Assembly: GCA_051294375.1 (NCBI GenBank)
Contig: CM119269.1
Coordinates: 4,980,686-5,044,685, forward strand
Source of the DNA: Paraspadella gotoi
Lineage: Eukaryota; Animalia; Chaetognatha
DNA length: 64,000 nucleotides
Direction of reading: 5' to 3'
The notes beneath the pieces were generated by a model, which worked only from the letters and a program-made list of their open reading frames with translations, ran no database searches and was not told where the DNA came from. The position numbers were made by a program, and so were the translations under genes. Shown here piece after piece: positions 12,064-25,740 of the stretch. Numbering within the stretch: the stretch's first letter is position 1; each line of letters starts with the position of its first letter.

Positions 12064-13616
12064 CAGAGCGAGAGAGAGAGAGAGCAGAATTTAGTTTTTC
12101 TCTGTTTCCTTCTGTTTCTTCCTTTTTGTTGTTTTTTGTTTATCATTTTATTTTTGTTTCCTTTTATTCACCTGACGCCCGCGGACAGTCGAACTGACAG
12201 ACGCAAACGCTTCGTCCTTCGTTTCGTCCAAAATGCAGACGCCGTCGAAATCACATCTTTCTCGCAATACTTGGGGAAAAAAAGGCTTTTAAACATTAAT
12301 TAAATAAAATTTAAAAAATAATTTAAAATTATTTTATTTTTGATTAAAAAACATAATAATCACCGTCGCGAAGAACGTTTCCCATCACAGAGTGTTTTTG
12401 TATTTCTTAGTTATCAATTTATGATTTGCAGCGATGTTACAGTGCGGCGTCGACAGCGTCTTCAAGGCCTACGCAGCCGTGAATTAAATCCGGATAAGGA
12501 ATTATTCACAATGACGTCGTTAGAATAAACGCGTAGACTGACGACGGGCAGATAGACAGAAAGACAAAAAAAAAACAAACAAAAAAGATAGATGGAAAGA
12601 TAGGAAAAACAAGAATCGACCAAGCAACATTACAAACACCATCCCTATTACCAATCGATATTAAAATCTCATTTGCATTTTTGCTGGCTGCCGTTGGATA
12701 ATTATTAATTAAGCATGATTAATAATGTGCATTTGCACCAGTGACAATATAACTCCATTTAATGCCTATATTTTCAGGTTTACAGCAACTGTGGAAGTTT
12801 CTCACTTCACATAGCCTTTAAAGAAATAATATTATGAAATACCATTGTAACAATGTCAAAGACGGGAATAACTCTGATTTGCCCGGTCTTCAATATTTCG
12901 TCTTTTTGGTCGTCGTCGTCTTCGGTCGTCGTGTCTTTTCTTCGTCTTTTTCGTCGTTCGTCTTTTCGTCGTTCGTTCGTCAACAGTCACGGATTTTTTA
13001 TTTCGACGAAAGACGCAATCGCTCTCTCCGCACGCTCGTCCCGCCTGGACGTCATGACCGACGTGTATTGTGATTTTACTTTGATAGGGTAAAACCAAAA
13101 CGCCGGATTAATAAGAATCCATTTGATTGTAATACCGCCCATTAATAAATTTAAAATTTNNNNNNNNNNNNNNNNNNNNNNNNNTTTTAAATAAATAAAT
13201 GAAGGATAATAATAGACATAAATTCAATACGATTTGAACGTACTTTTTTTAATACTTCAGTCCGACATTAAAATTAAAGGAGAGAATTGAGAACGAAAAA
13301 TTCACTGAGAATTGCAAATTAAGTAAAATCAAACCGATTTCCGTTCCGTTAAATAGGGATGAAGCGGGCCGTCGGAAAATTACGAAAAACACTTTTTCAG
13401 GGAAAATTCAAACATTCGATCTTTTATTCAAAGTTACGAAATCCCCAAATTTTTGTCGTCCCAATCAATTGTCTCAACCTTCAAGAAAATAATATGGAAC
13501 CTCGCAACTTGGTATTCGTTTTTGTCCTCAGTTTTACAATGGTTCGTCATTTTCTTATGTTGTTGAGATTTTTAACCATCTTCAGTATATTCTCAATCTT
13601 TAATAGTTTTAATTTA

Positions 13617-14099
13617 GCGCGATGAGACCGAGTCTCCCCGCGGCGTCGCCGGTCCAAGTACAGTCGCCGACACATCGAAAACGACGAAATCGGCGAAGCT
13701 TTTTCTTTTTCGAACACTCGGATTCCGAACGCCTCACGCGTCTGCGGCGCTGCAGCCGACGACGCGCGTCTCGGTGTCGCTTCAATGGACTTCGAACGCC
13801 GAGAGAAACGGAGGACCTCATCCGGCGCCGTTTTATCATCGGTTTCGTACGCCGGTTGGATCGGGATTCAATGCCGCTTGATTCCGACTCGAATGAAATC
13901 CGAGCGGGGAGACTAAAGCGGCGAGCCGAAAACCGGCGTCCTTGCGTCCCGGTGTGCAATCGTCGGCGCGGCGAACGCGAGCGGCGCTGTCAACGCCGCG
14001 GGCGAGTCGAAACGACGTCTACAATCCGATCCAAGACGCCGATATTGAAGAGGGCTCAACGTGACGACCGTCGACGGCGCGGCGCGCGGCGAGCGGCGG

Positions 14100-14134
<35 letters not shown>

Positions 14135-14243
14135 TAGCGAGTGACGACGTGACGACGAGCAGAACGGACGTAGAGAAGTCTGGTGAAAATCGAGGAACGA
14201 TCGTAGATCAAACATTTTTGGCGGCGAACGTCGGCGATGCAAA
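13617..14243 (+). CDS. Class A GPCR, plus copy: third intracellular loop (second half of the TM5-ICL3 exon), frameshifted
   Basis: Reverse complement of about 20580-21150, where it directly continues the TM5 exon (...GAGATGAGCGC|GCTGAG...). GC-rich and Arg/Ser-rich. The reading frame and exact donor are uncertain because of indels. Confidence 0.55.
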
Positions 14244-14277
14244 GTTAGGGGAAGGGAAAAAATTATGTCGTATTCCT

Positions 14278-14355
<78 letters not shown>

Positions 14356-14565
14356 AAAGAGTCCAGCCGCTGCAGAGGTGAACTCGTTTTAGACGAATCA
14401 TGAGAGGCAGAATGATCTTGAAAATCGTCACAAAGTTTAAAACAAATTGTTACATTTTTTTTCATATTGGAAGTTAGTAAAAGTGTGTGTGTGAGAGAGA
14501 GAGAGAGAGATCACTTTTTTGAATGCTCTCACCCATCTTTTGCCTCTTTCCCATGTCCCGCCCAG

Positions 14566-14879
14566 GCCGCATCGCCATCGTGGGCTTCTGGCGTGACTGT
14601 GGTCTACCTTCTCTCCTTCTGCCCACCATCTCCATGCAGCATTGGGGACTCTTGGACTCTCGCTCCCCATTCTGCGCAAGATCTTTTACCTCAACTCGGT
14701 CGCCAACCCCGTCATATTACTCCCTGGCGAAGACCAAGTTTCGCCACGAGGCGCGAGCCATCTTGGCGGGCGAGTTCGGTGGCGGCGGCGTAAGCGGCGG
14801 GCCTCGACCGTCAGCGGGCTGTGAAGGATTTGGGGCGGAAGTTGATGGAGTTGTAGGGGTAGGGGGTTACTTGACCTAA
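14566..14879 (+). CDS. Class A (rhodopsin-like) GPCR, TM6-TM7-helix 8 terminal exon, frameshifted
   Basis: CAG acceptor at 14563-14565. Joining frames gives GRIAIVGF.VTVVYLLSFCP (TM6)...LPILRKIFYLNSVANPVI/YSLAKTKFRHEARAIL (NPxxY + helix 8). Confidence 0.8.
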
Positions 14880-16027
14880 TTCTTTACTATTCCTGGTTTT
14901 AATGACTGTTGGATATTCTATGCAATAATTTTATATTTTACTGACTCTAACGGGGGGGGCCATCTTATATTATTATTTTATGTTGACCTTATTGGTTAGT
15001 GGTAGAAATGCTCGCATTGTTCTTTTTGCTGTTCTACTTGAATAATGTTTTATGAATTAATATAAAGAGAACAATAGTGGTTCAATTTACATTATTTATT
15101 GTATTAGTGCAACTTAACATTATTATTTTATTACATAACCAAGATACCATAATGGTATTATCAGGTTCATAGAAGTGGAAAGCATAAGAAAGAGGAGCAT
15201 AGTCGGTTCAACGACCCTGAAATCCTAGGCTGATTAATAGCTAGGCCTTTGACAATAACAATCTTCTAATCAATACGATGAGCCAAGTCGACTCCCCAGA
15301 AGCAAGCAAAATACTTTCCATTTATAAAAGCTGGAGCAATACTTACCTATAGAAATATTGAAGTAATAATGTGGGAAATCTAATCACATTATTAAAACCT
15401 ATTAAATACTATTGCCAAAACCGTAAATAAGACTATTATGAAAAACTGTACACAAAGATAATGAGAACATGGTCAAACTTACTACAAAATGTAATGAGCT
15501 TGAAGAACTCAATTCATTTGAAATGAACCACAAATTATTCTGCCCTAACATACGTCACATACACGGTAAAATAAAACGTCCTGCGGTTTTAATAAAGTTC
15601 GAGAAACGAAGTAAAGAAACGATACAAACAGAGTTAAGTAAACATGAAGTGAAGAAATGATGTGGNNNNNNNNNNNNNNNNNNNNNNNNNACCTTGACTT
15701 GCTTTATTCTCCTTTCGACGTGCTTTTATGTCTCCCTTCTACTTGCTTCACGTCTCAAGCTCATGTTATGTCTTACTACAATAAATATTACTAATTTTAC
15801 ATTCTTCGAATCTCTATAAATAAATAGCAAGTCAGAAAACACTAACTCGGCTCACGGCTTACGGTAAATCTCAATAATTACTTTTTGATCTTGTAATCGA
15901 CGAGTGGTAACTAATAATTATATTTGAAATTTTTGAGATTGTGAGCAAACAATTGAATTTAAAAAAAATAAATAGAAAGCTATTTATTATTAACCATTTG
16001 CCTAGTTTTACTTTTTTTATTTTTTAT

Positions 16028-16690
16028 CCTCTATTGGGGGCGATTCAGCCTCGAGATTTTTCTCAATTTTTTTATCATCGTCTCTTGCATGATACTCAAC
16101 GGTGCGTTGTCTTTGAAATGACGGAGCCAATTATACATTTTACAACATTGACCAAAGAATCGACTACATGTATTATTTCTCTTTTTAAAAACGAATTTTT
16201 TTTGGTAAATATTTATAATCTTATTTTTTGAATCACCAGGAATCGCCTGGGACGTTCACGAAGCGCTCGCGAATCCTTACAAAAGGCGTTCACAAAATCT
16301 AAAGTCCTCTGCGATTTGGCTCCTCGTCACTTACCTTCTCACCATTGTCTTTACTACACTATTCAGGTCAAAAATGTGAGAGGAAGACAGAAGTCATTGA
16401 AATGCAATTTCACCATGAATATAAATCATTAAGTCGGCTTAGTTTAAATATCACGCCAGAATCATGATTCTAATCTAATCTAATCATGAAACTATTAATT
16501 TTTTTTATTTTCGTTTTTGTTCATTTAATTGCATCGTTTTAATCTAGACTTACTAAAAATAAAATATACTGATAATTACAATATTACTTTCATTATCTCA
16601 ACAGGCTGGACGAGGAACCTGATTTTTCGTTCAGTACTATAATCATGCCAGCAAAGACCGAAGATCAAAAAGACTACACCGTCATGAAGG
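16028..16690 (+). CDS. Class A GPCR, plus copy: TM3 second half (16028-16101), ICL2-TM4 exon (16240-16366), ECL2 exon (16605-16690)
   Basis: Allowing indels: SIGAIQPRDFSQFF.IVSCMILNG|IAW(E)R.EALANPYKAFTKSKVL..WLLV..LLTIVFTTLF (DRY-equivalent and TM4 Trp) and LDEEPDFS.....KTEDQKDYTVMK. AG/GT boundaries are present. Confidence 0.7.
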
Positions 16691-16709
16691 GTAAATTTCA
16701 TGTCTCTTG

Positions 16710-17020
16710 TTTGTAGTTGCGCCGCGAGTACACACGGTCGGTCGGTCGGTATGTCTGTCCGTCGGTCTGTCCCACTTCCGTTAAAAACACTCATAACTCC
16801 CTGATAGTTGGTTGCTCATTTGTTAAGACAGAAAAAAAACTCAAATCTAAGTGACTGCTAGCGCCGTCTTCAAGAAATCCTTAAACTATGAAGAATAAAA
16901 GACAATTTCAAATGCAGTGCGTGTCATAAATACAAAAATTTTCTAGTCATGGGATCACAGGGAAAAAAAAACCTGAAAAGAAAGTAACTGCGGCGCGACA
17001 CATTGGATGGACGGATCTTG
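16710..17020 (+). mobile_element. Non-autonomous interspersed element, family A (HINE/MITE-like), in a GPCR intron
   Basis: tagttgcgccgcgagtac + (gtcg/gtct)n + gaaatccttaaactatgaagaataaaagac...tagtcatg...cattggatg. Homologous to 54745-54980, 59650-59885 and 60500-60700. Confidence 0.65.
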
Positions 17021-17110
17021 TTTTTTTTTTTTTGTTTTTGTTTTTTTTAATAATTTTGTTTTTTAATTCTCTTTATTCTGTTTTCGTTCGCCCTTTACCC
17101 ACGATCTCAG

Positions 17111-17270
17111 TCGTCTTCGACATCATCATGTGGGGATCCTTTGTCTTCTTCTCCTTCTGCTACGGCGCCTCCTTCTGGCGACTGAAACGCCTGGCGAAAG
17201 ACAGAGAGTCCAAGTACGCCACGACCGTCGGCGCCCCCTGGCGATCCGATGTGACGCTAGAGATGAGCGC
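17111..17270 (+). CDS. Class A GPCR, plus copy: TM5 and start of ICL3
   Basis: CAG acceptor, then VFDIIMWGSFVFFSFCYGASFWRLKRLAKDRESK (TM5 with CY motif followed by basic residues). The sequence breaks off abruptly at 17270. Confidence 0.75.
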
Positions 17271-17321
17271 AATAGTAACAAAACCTCTGATGTAATAAAT
17301 AAATCGATATTCTCCCTACAG

Positions 17322-17450
17322 CCATCGTGGACATGGTTTTCTGCGTGGTCTTTCTGCCTTTCAGCGCGTATTCCCCACCTACTACATGTACATCTTGGAC
17401 ATAACACGAGCCAGTGAAGCAACGAAAACTGCTTGCACCTTCGCCTTCTC
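17322..17450 (+). CDS. Class A GPCR, plus copy: TM2-ECL1-start of TM3
   Basis: ctacag|CC ATC GTG GAC ATG GTT TTC TGC = (L)AIVDMVFCVVFLPFSAY (LAxxD motif)...TKTACTFA (TM3 Cys). Confidence 0.75.
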
Positions 17451-17473
17451 ACTCTCTCTCCCCCTCCCTGCAG

Positions 17474-17632
17474 GCGAGGGCAACCTGACGCATAACGGGC
17501 CATATGACGTTGCCGAGATGGTCTTCCTACTTTTCTTCGCGGTCTTCGGCGTCGTCGGAAATTCCCTCGTCATCTGCGTCTACAATTCCCGACGCCGTCG
17601 AGAGTCCGCCATCTTTTTTATCTTTCATTTGG
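17474..17632 (+). CDS. Class A GPCR, plus copy: TM1-ICL1 exon
   Basis: EGNLTHNGPYDVAEMVFLLFFAVFGVVGNSLVICVYNSRRRRESAIFFIFHL (GNxxV motif, N-glycosylation site NLT). CAG acceptor and GTGAG donor. Phase 1 joins L|A to the exon at 17322. Confidence 0.85.
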
Positions 17633-17970
17633 GTGAGACGAACAAATGAGCAGTCAGGGTAGAAACAAAATAAAGAAAGAAAAGAAAAATAAAGAAACAA
17701 AACGGGTCTGAAAATGAAAGAACAAAATTATGAACAAAAACACACACACAAAAAAGAAATATGAACCAAGACAATAAATTAAACGTGCCACTCAATAAAT
17801 TAAAAAAATTTAGATTAAAGTTTTTACGATGTAAAATTTATAGTCTCTCATCTACATTTCAACTCTCTTCTCTCTCTCATCTCTTCTCTGCTCTCTCTCT
17901 CTCTCTTCATTCTCTCTCTCTGCTCGTTCCTCACCAACTCTCATTTTCACATCTTTCTCGCCACTCCTCT

Positions 17971-18944
17971 AAATTATCTTTACTGCTCCTCGCATATGTA
18001 AATAAAGCGATAAAATTCCGTCGAAATGACCCCTTAACTCCTCAACCTTGGCCCCTGGATGANNNNNNNNNNATCGTAAGGAAGATGAGTATACTTAGCG
18101 AGGTGAGGTAGCTTCCAACGACTTACTCGAAGAAAATTACCGTCCTTACCTTGATTTACATGGAATGTAGTACAAGTCAGGGGCGATTAGTGTACGCTAA
18201 TATCCTTTTTTAACTTTTGTCTTTATTTAGAATGAGCGAAATTCTTGCGTCCGTAACTGGTAGTTTTTTTAATATATCGTGAAAGACTGACCTTGTTTTT
18301 AATATATTATAAATTAGCGAAGGAAAGGAGTAAACTTCTCAAAATAGCAAATTCACATAAACGCGTATTTAGGTTACGTCTTTTGAGCAAAGAGTTAAGT
18401 TTATGGGTTTAGCCCTTTCATTATAATCAAAATTAATGTAAGATCTTAACTAAGCTGCTTGAGTTTGGGTTTTTAGCGGTTTTAGGTCGGACAAGTTCTA
18501 GATTAAGAGAAATGATCCCAAGTCTCAAATTTTAACAATGTTTTAATTTAAAACAATTAAAAATAGTTTTTTGTTTTATTTAAGTGATCAAACGGCCGCA
18601 AAAGATGTCACTTAAGAACGAGAAATTAATTTTTGAAAACAAAGGAACAGTTTTTTAAAATCAAACATTGATAATAAAATCTGTAAAAGGTTTAATGAGG
18701 AAATTAAGTTTTGAAGCGCGAGAAAACGTGTGTACACTAATAATAATATCTGAAAAATGTGTTTTTGTTTTCAGAATAGTATGCAAAACGGTCATGAAAA
18801 GGTAGCGCCGGTTATGGTTCGATTAGAAGCATTGGGCCTGATAAAAAAAAATTAAATTGAAAAATAAATAAAATTCATATAATTGAATAAATAAATTAAA
18901 TAAATAAATAAATAAATAAATAANNNNNNNNNNNNNNNNNNAAA

Positions 18945-18975
<31 letters not shown>

Positions 18976-21900
18976 ATTAATCAATTAATCAATTAATTAA
19001 TTAAGTTTTAGTATTTGGGTTTCTAACCCAAATCAGATAAGATAAGAAAAGAAAAGGCAAAAAAGAAAGAACCAGAGACGTGATTACTTATTCAAGGCCA
19101 AAAAGGAAAAGGAGTAAAGAAGGACGGAAAGAAAAACGACATCGAGGGCCGAATTTGAAAGGGGGGTCCGATGGTAAAGGGTGAGCTGAGGCAAAAAGAG
19201 AGTTTCCGACTGAAAAACAAAAAAACAAAAACGGATTTGTTGTTTTGGTGGAAAGCCCAATTTTCGTTGCCACCGCATAAATAATCCACTCGTCGCTTTT
19301 CTCAGCTCGAACCGCTGACTCCTTCTCTTTATCTTCCTCAAACGATGACGCCGTAATGAAATAAGGCCGCGTTTGTTTCTTCGTTGTTTCGTCTGTTTTT
19401 TTAATTCTCTCATTTTTTTTCTGTAACTGTTTTTTTAAAAGAATTTTTTCCCCCTTCAATTCTGATGTAAATTTTTCATGTTTTTTATCCAGTTCGATCG
19501 ATTTGAGGCGAATCAACATCTTTTTTTGATCGATTATGTCGTTTGGAAAAAAAAACAAACAAAAAAAATCTTAATTTTCATCGCTAAACTCTATAGATCG
19601 GTTTTCCTTACTAATAACATTTGTCTAATGACTTCATGAATCATAATGCATATGGATTGTTTCCCTTTTCTCGCCGTGTAAGATTAAATATTTAATTTTC
19701 CGAAAATCTGAACCCGTTTTATTTTTACTTATCATACTTATCATATTCTGATATATCATAATTCGATAACGACGACAATGACAACAACGTCGATACAAGA
19801 CGCTTGTCGATAGGGCGTGACGGAGATAAATTAAAATCAACTCGGCAACAACGTTGTGAAACAACAACCTTTGGTTGAATGTAAATTTCACGATTCACAA
19901 AACAAAATCATAATATTTTCACAAGGAAAGATAATCCGAAGAGGACGATTGCGGATAACAAGGAGCGACTCTTCTTCTCAAGCGAAGGATCTTATCGAAT
20001 CGCGATTTCAAATTTTGTTTCGGAATTTGAATTCAGAATCGAATCTCGGACTCCCCTTCCTTCGTACTCAGTTGACACCAAACAACGAAAACAACTGTGA
20101 AAACAAAACATAAAATAAAAAATAAAAAATTGAAAAAGGACACGAATTCAGAAATTTATGCCGAAAACTTGAAAAGTCTCGAATTTAGTTGAAGCAAATG
20201 ACGCTGAAGATCTTTCCCTGATGGAAGCGCAATAAAAATCGCAAATGGAAGCGGATATTGGGAGGAAGATGGAATCCTTGGATTCTCGGACGTTCAACTT
20301 TTGCCTTCCGGGTTATCACGAGCACGGTGAGAGAAGAGCGAAAAATATGAATCGGAGTTAGTGCACACTTCTTTAATTCCAACACCACTCGATTCTCTTA
20401 ACGTAAACACTTCGGTCTTTATTATTATTATGATGCTCATTCGATGAGTGTTTTACCAGGATCAATTCCCGGCACGAGCCATTTTCTGAAGTGATTTTCT
20501 TTCTTTACAAAAAATTAAAATTCTTTCTCTTTCTCTCTTGCCTGTTCGTCTTTGTGTCTTCTGTCTGTCTATTCGTTCCTGCGCCAAAATGAAAAACAAA
20601 AAAATGTTGATCTCGATCCGATTCCTCATTTTTTAGACTGACACACCGTCGACTGCTGATCGTCATCGTCCCGCCGCCTACGCCGCCGCCGCCGCCCGCC
20701 CCGCCGCCGCGCCGCCGCCCCGCCGTCGACGGTCTCGTACGTGAGCCTCATTCAATATCGCGTTGGATCCGATTGTTAGACGTCGTTTCGACCGCCCGCG
20801 CGTGACAGCGCCGCTCGCGTCGCCGGCGCGACCGATGCAACGCGGACGAAGACGCGCGTTTCGGCCGTCGCCGCTTTGTCTCGCCTCGCTATTTCATCGA
20901 GTCGGAATCAAGCGGCATTGAATTCCATCCAACCGGCGACGAAACCGATGTATAAAACGGCGCCGGATGAGGGTCCTCCGTTCTCTCGGCGTCGAAGTCC
21001 ATTGAAGCGACACGAGACGCGCGTTTCTTTCGGCTGCACCGCGCAGCGTGAGGCGTTCGGATTCGAGTGCTCAAAAAGAAAAAGCTCGCCGAATTTGTCG
21101 TCGAATGTCGTCGACACTGGATTGACGTCGCTCGGGAGACGGCCTCAGCGCGCTCATCTCTAGCGTCCACATCGGATCGCCAGGGCGCCGGACGTCGTGG
21201 CGTACTTGGACTCTCGTCTTCTCACGCCAGGCTTCAGTCGCCAGAAGGAGGGCCGCGTAGCAAAGGAGAAGAAACAAGATCGCCCACATGGATGATTGTC
21301 GAAGACGACTGAGATCGTGGTAAAGGCAACGAAAACAGAATAAAGGAGAATTTTAAAAAAACAAAATTATTAAAAAAACAAAAACAAACAAAAAAAAAAC
21401 AGATCCGTCCATCCATATGATGGTCGCGCCGCACAGTTACTTTCTTTCTAGGCTTTTTTTCCCTCGTGATCCCATGACTAGAAAATTTTTGTGTATTTTA
21501 TGACACGCACTGCATTTGAAAATTGTTTATTTCTTCATAGTTTTAAGGATTTCTTGTGAAGACGGCGCTTACAGTCACTTAGATTTGAGTTTCTTTTCGT
21601 CTTTAACAAATGAGCAACCCAACCTATCAGGGATTATGATGTTTTTAACGGAAGTAGACAGACCGACGGGACAGAATACACCGACCGACCGTTGTACTCG
21701 CGGCGCAAACCTACAAACAAAGACATGAAATTTACCCCTCAGACGGTTGGTCTTTTATTGACTCGCGTCTTGCTGCACATGAATTATAGTACTGATACGA
21801 AAAATCAGGTTCCTCTCCAGCTGTGAGATGAGAAAGTAATCATGTACCTGATCCAGTATATTTATTTTTAGTAAGTCTAGATTAAAACCGATGCAATTAA

Positions 21901-24763
21901 GATGAACAACAAGAAAATAAATAATAAATAAATAGTTTCATGATATAGATTAGATTTAGAATCATGATTCTGGAGCGTGAATTTAAATACTAAAGCGACT
22001 AATGATTTATATTCAATTGGTGAAATTGCATTTCCAATGACTCTGTCGTTCCTCCTCACATTTAGACCGTGAATAGTGTAGTAAGACAATGGTTGAGAAG
22101 GTAAAGTGCACGAGGAGCCAACCCTAGAGGACTTTAGATTTTGTGAACGCCTTGTAAGGATTTCGCGAGACGCTTCGGAACGTCCCAGGCGATCCTGGTG
22201 ATTCAAGAAAATTAAGGATTACTAAATACTTACCAAAAAAAAAATTTCGTTTTGTAAAAAGAGAAATTAATATCATGTAGCATTCTTATGGTCAATTTGT
22301 AAAATAATTATAATTCGCTCACGTCATTTCAAATACAACGCACCGTTGAGATCATGCAAGAGGACAAATGATAAAAAAATTGAGAAAAAATCTCGAGGCT
22401 GAATCGCCCGCCCAATAGAGAGGGCGAAGGTCAAAGCAGTTTTCGTCTGCTTCACTGGCTGCGTGTTATGCCATAGATGTACATGTGTAGTAGCGTGAAT
22501 ACGCGCTGAAAGCAGAAAGACCACGGCAGAAAACCATGCTCACGCAGGCTGTAGGGGAGAGAATATCGATTTATTTATTACATCAGAGGTTTGTTCTATT
22601 TTAAAATTGTACATCGTCCAAAATCTTTAATCTAATTTTTTAAGTTACTGCAGCTGCCACGTTTAATTTATTGTCTTGGTTTCATATTTCTTTTATTGTT
22701 GTGTGTGTTTTTTGTTCATAATTTGTTCTTCATTTCAGACCCGTTTGTTCTTTATTTTTTCTTTCTTCTATTGTTTCTACCCTGATGCCTCTTTTCCGTC
22801 TCACCCAAATGAAAATAAAAAAGATGGCGACTTCTCGACGGCGTCGGAATTGTAGACGCTCAGATGACAGGGAATTCCGGACGACCCGAAGACCGCGATA
22901 GAAAAGTAGGAAGACACTCGGCATCACGTCATATGCCCGTTATGCGTCAGGTTGCCCTCGCTGCAGGAGGCGCGTGAGAGAGAGTGAGAAGAGGAGTGGC
23001 GAGAAAGATGTGAAAATGAGAGTTGGTGAGGAACGAGCAGAGAGAGAGAATGAAGAGAGAGAGAGAGAGCAGAGAAGAGATGAGAGAGAGAAGAGAGTTG
23101 AAATGTAGATGAGAGACATAGACAGACAGAAGACACAAGACGAACAGCAGAAGGAAAGAGAAGAATTTTTAATTTGAAGAACGAAAAATCACTTCAGAAA
23201 ATGGCTCGTGTCCGGGATTGATCCTGGTTTAAACACACTCATCGATGATGAGCATCATAATAATAATAAATGGACCGAAGGTTACGTTAAGAGATCGATT
23301 GGTGTTGGAATTAAAAGAAGCGTGCACTAACTCCGATTCATATTTTTCGCTCTTCTTCTCACCTTGCTCGTGATAACCCGGAAGCAAAGTTGAACGTCCG
23401 AGAATCCAGTGATTCCAATTCTCCCATTTATCAGCTTCCATTTGCGATTTTTATTGCGCTTCCATCAGGCCGAAAGATCTTCAGACCCTGCTCATTTTGC
23501 TTCATAACTGAAATTCGAGACTTTTCAAGTTTTCGCCCATAATTCTTGATATTCGTGTCCCTTTTTCAATTTTTATTATATGTTTTGTTTCACCATGTTG
23601 TCTTCTGTTTTTTAGTGTCAACGGAGGTACGAAGGAAGGGAGTCGAGATTCGATTCTGAATGTCAAATTCCGAACAAAATTGTGAACTATCGCGACTTAC
23701 GTATAAAGATCCTTCGCTTGAGAAGAACGAGTCCGCGTTCCTGTGTTATCCGCCAATCGTCGTCTTCGGATATCTTTCCTTGTCCGCGAAAATATTATGA
23801 TTTTGTTTGCTGAATCGCTGAAATTTACATTCAACCAAAGGTTGTTGTTTACAACTTGTTGCCGATGTTTTTAATTTATCTGCCTCAACGCCCTATCGAC
23901 AAGCGTCGTTGTATCGACGTTGTTGTCATCGTCGTCGTTATCGAATTATACTATATCAGTAATATGATAAGATGATAAGTAAAAATTAAAACGGGTTCAG
24001 GATTTCGAAAATAGAAAAATATTTAATCTCTACACGGCGAGAAAAGGGAAACCAATTCCATATGCATAGATCATGAAGTCATTAGACAAATGTTATTAGT
24101 ACAGAAAACCTATCTATAGAGTTTAGGATTGAAAATTAAGATTTTTTTGTTGTTTTTTTTTCCAAACGACATAATCGATTCAAAAAAAAGATTGTTGATT
24201 CGCCTCAAATCGATCCGAAGCTGGATAAAAAACATGAAAAATTTACAATCGAGGAATTGAAGGGGAAAAAATTCTTTTAAAAAAACAGTACATAAAAAAA
24301 ATGAGAGTAATTAAAAAAACAGACCGAATACAACGAAGAAACAAACGCGGCCTTATTCATTACGGCGTCATCGTTTGAGGAAGATAAAGAAAGGAGTCAA
24401 AGCTTCAGCTGAGAGAAAAGCACGTGTGATTATTTATGCGGGAGCCAACGAATAATGGTCTTTCCGACCAAAACAACAAATCCGTTTTTGTTTTTTTTTG
24501 TTTCAGTCGGGAAACTCTCTTTTGCCTCAGCTCACCTTTACCATCGATCCCTTTCAAATTCGGCCCTCGATGTCGTTTTCTTCTCCGTCCTTCTTACTCC
24601 TTTCCTTTTGCCTTGAATAAGTAAATCACGCTCTTTGGGTTCTTTCTTTTTTGCCTTTTTTTCTTATCTTATCTATTTGGGTTAGAAAACCCAAAACTAA
24701 AAACTAATTAATAATTATTAATTGATTAATTTATTTATTTATTTATTGATTATTTATTTATTG

Positions 24764-24815
<52 letters not shown>

Positions 24816-25707
24816 TTATTATTAATTTTTATTCAATTAATTGAATTCTTAATTATTTTCAATTTAATTTTTTTTATCAGCCCAATGCTTCGAATCGAAC
24901 CCATATACCGGCGCTACCTTTTATCATTGACCGTTTCCAACGTATTCGAAAACAAAAACACAATTTTTCAGTATATTATTAGTTGTACACACGGTTTCTC
25001 GCCTTCAAACACTTAATTTCCTTCATTAAACCTTTTACAGATTTATTATCAATGTTTGATTTTTAAAAAAACATGTTCCTGTTTTCAAAATTAAATTTCT
25101 CCTTTTGAAGTGGACATTCTTTGCCTGGCCGTTTGATTGCACTTAAATAAAACCAAAAAACTATTTTTATGTTTTAAATTACAATCATTCGTAAAATTTA
25201 GAAGCTTTGGTATCATTTCTCTTAATCGTTAGATACTTGTCCACCTAGAAACCGCTTAAAAACCCAAACTCAAGCAGCCTAGTTAAGATCTACATAATTT
25301 TGTTTATAAGAAAGAAACCCATCAAACTTAAACCTTTGCTTCAAAAGACGTAACCTAAATACCTTTATGTGAATTTCTATTGTTTGAGAAGTTTACCCTT
25401 TCCTTCGGCTAATTATATATATAAAAACAAAGGTTCAGTGTTTCACGATATTAGTTTTAAAAAAACTACAGTTTAACGACGCAAGAATTTCGCTTCATTC
25501 TAAATAAAGACAAAAGTTAAAAAAGATATAGCGTACCTAATCGCCCTGACTTGTACTACATTTCATGTAAAATCAAGTAAGGGAACGTATAATTTCTTCA
25601 GATAAGGTCGTTGGAACGCTACCTCACCTCCTAAAGTATTACTCATCTTCCTTACGATTCGCCTGACGAACGGGTTAAATTTTTCTCTCTCTCTCTCTTC
25701 TCTCTCT

Positions 25708-25740
<33 letters not shown>

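Noticed and set aside
11592-13098. Possible minus-strand exons at 11600-11750, 12172-12270 and 12860-13070
   Set aside because: Splice-like boundaries exist, but I found no consistent frame or recognisable domain.
14690-14725. Opsin identity for the GPCR
   Set aside because: There is no Lys six residues before the NPxxY Asn; that position is Tyr.
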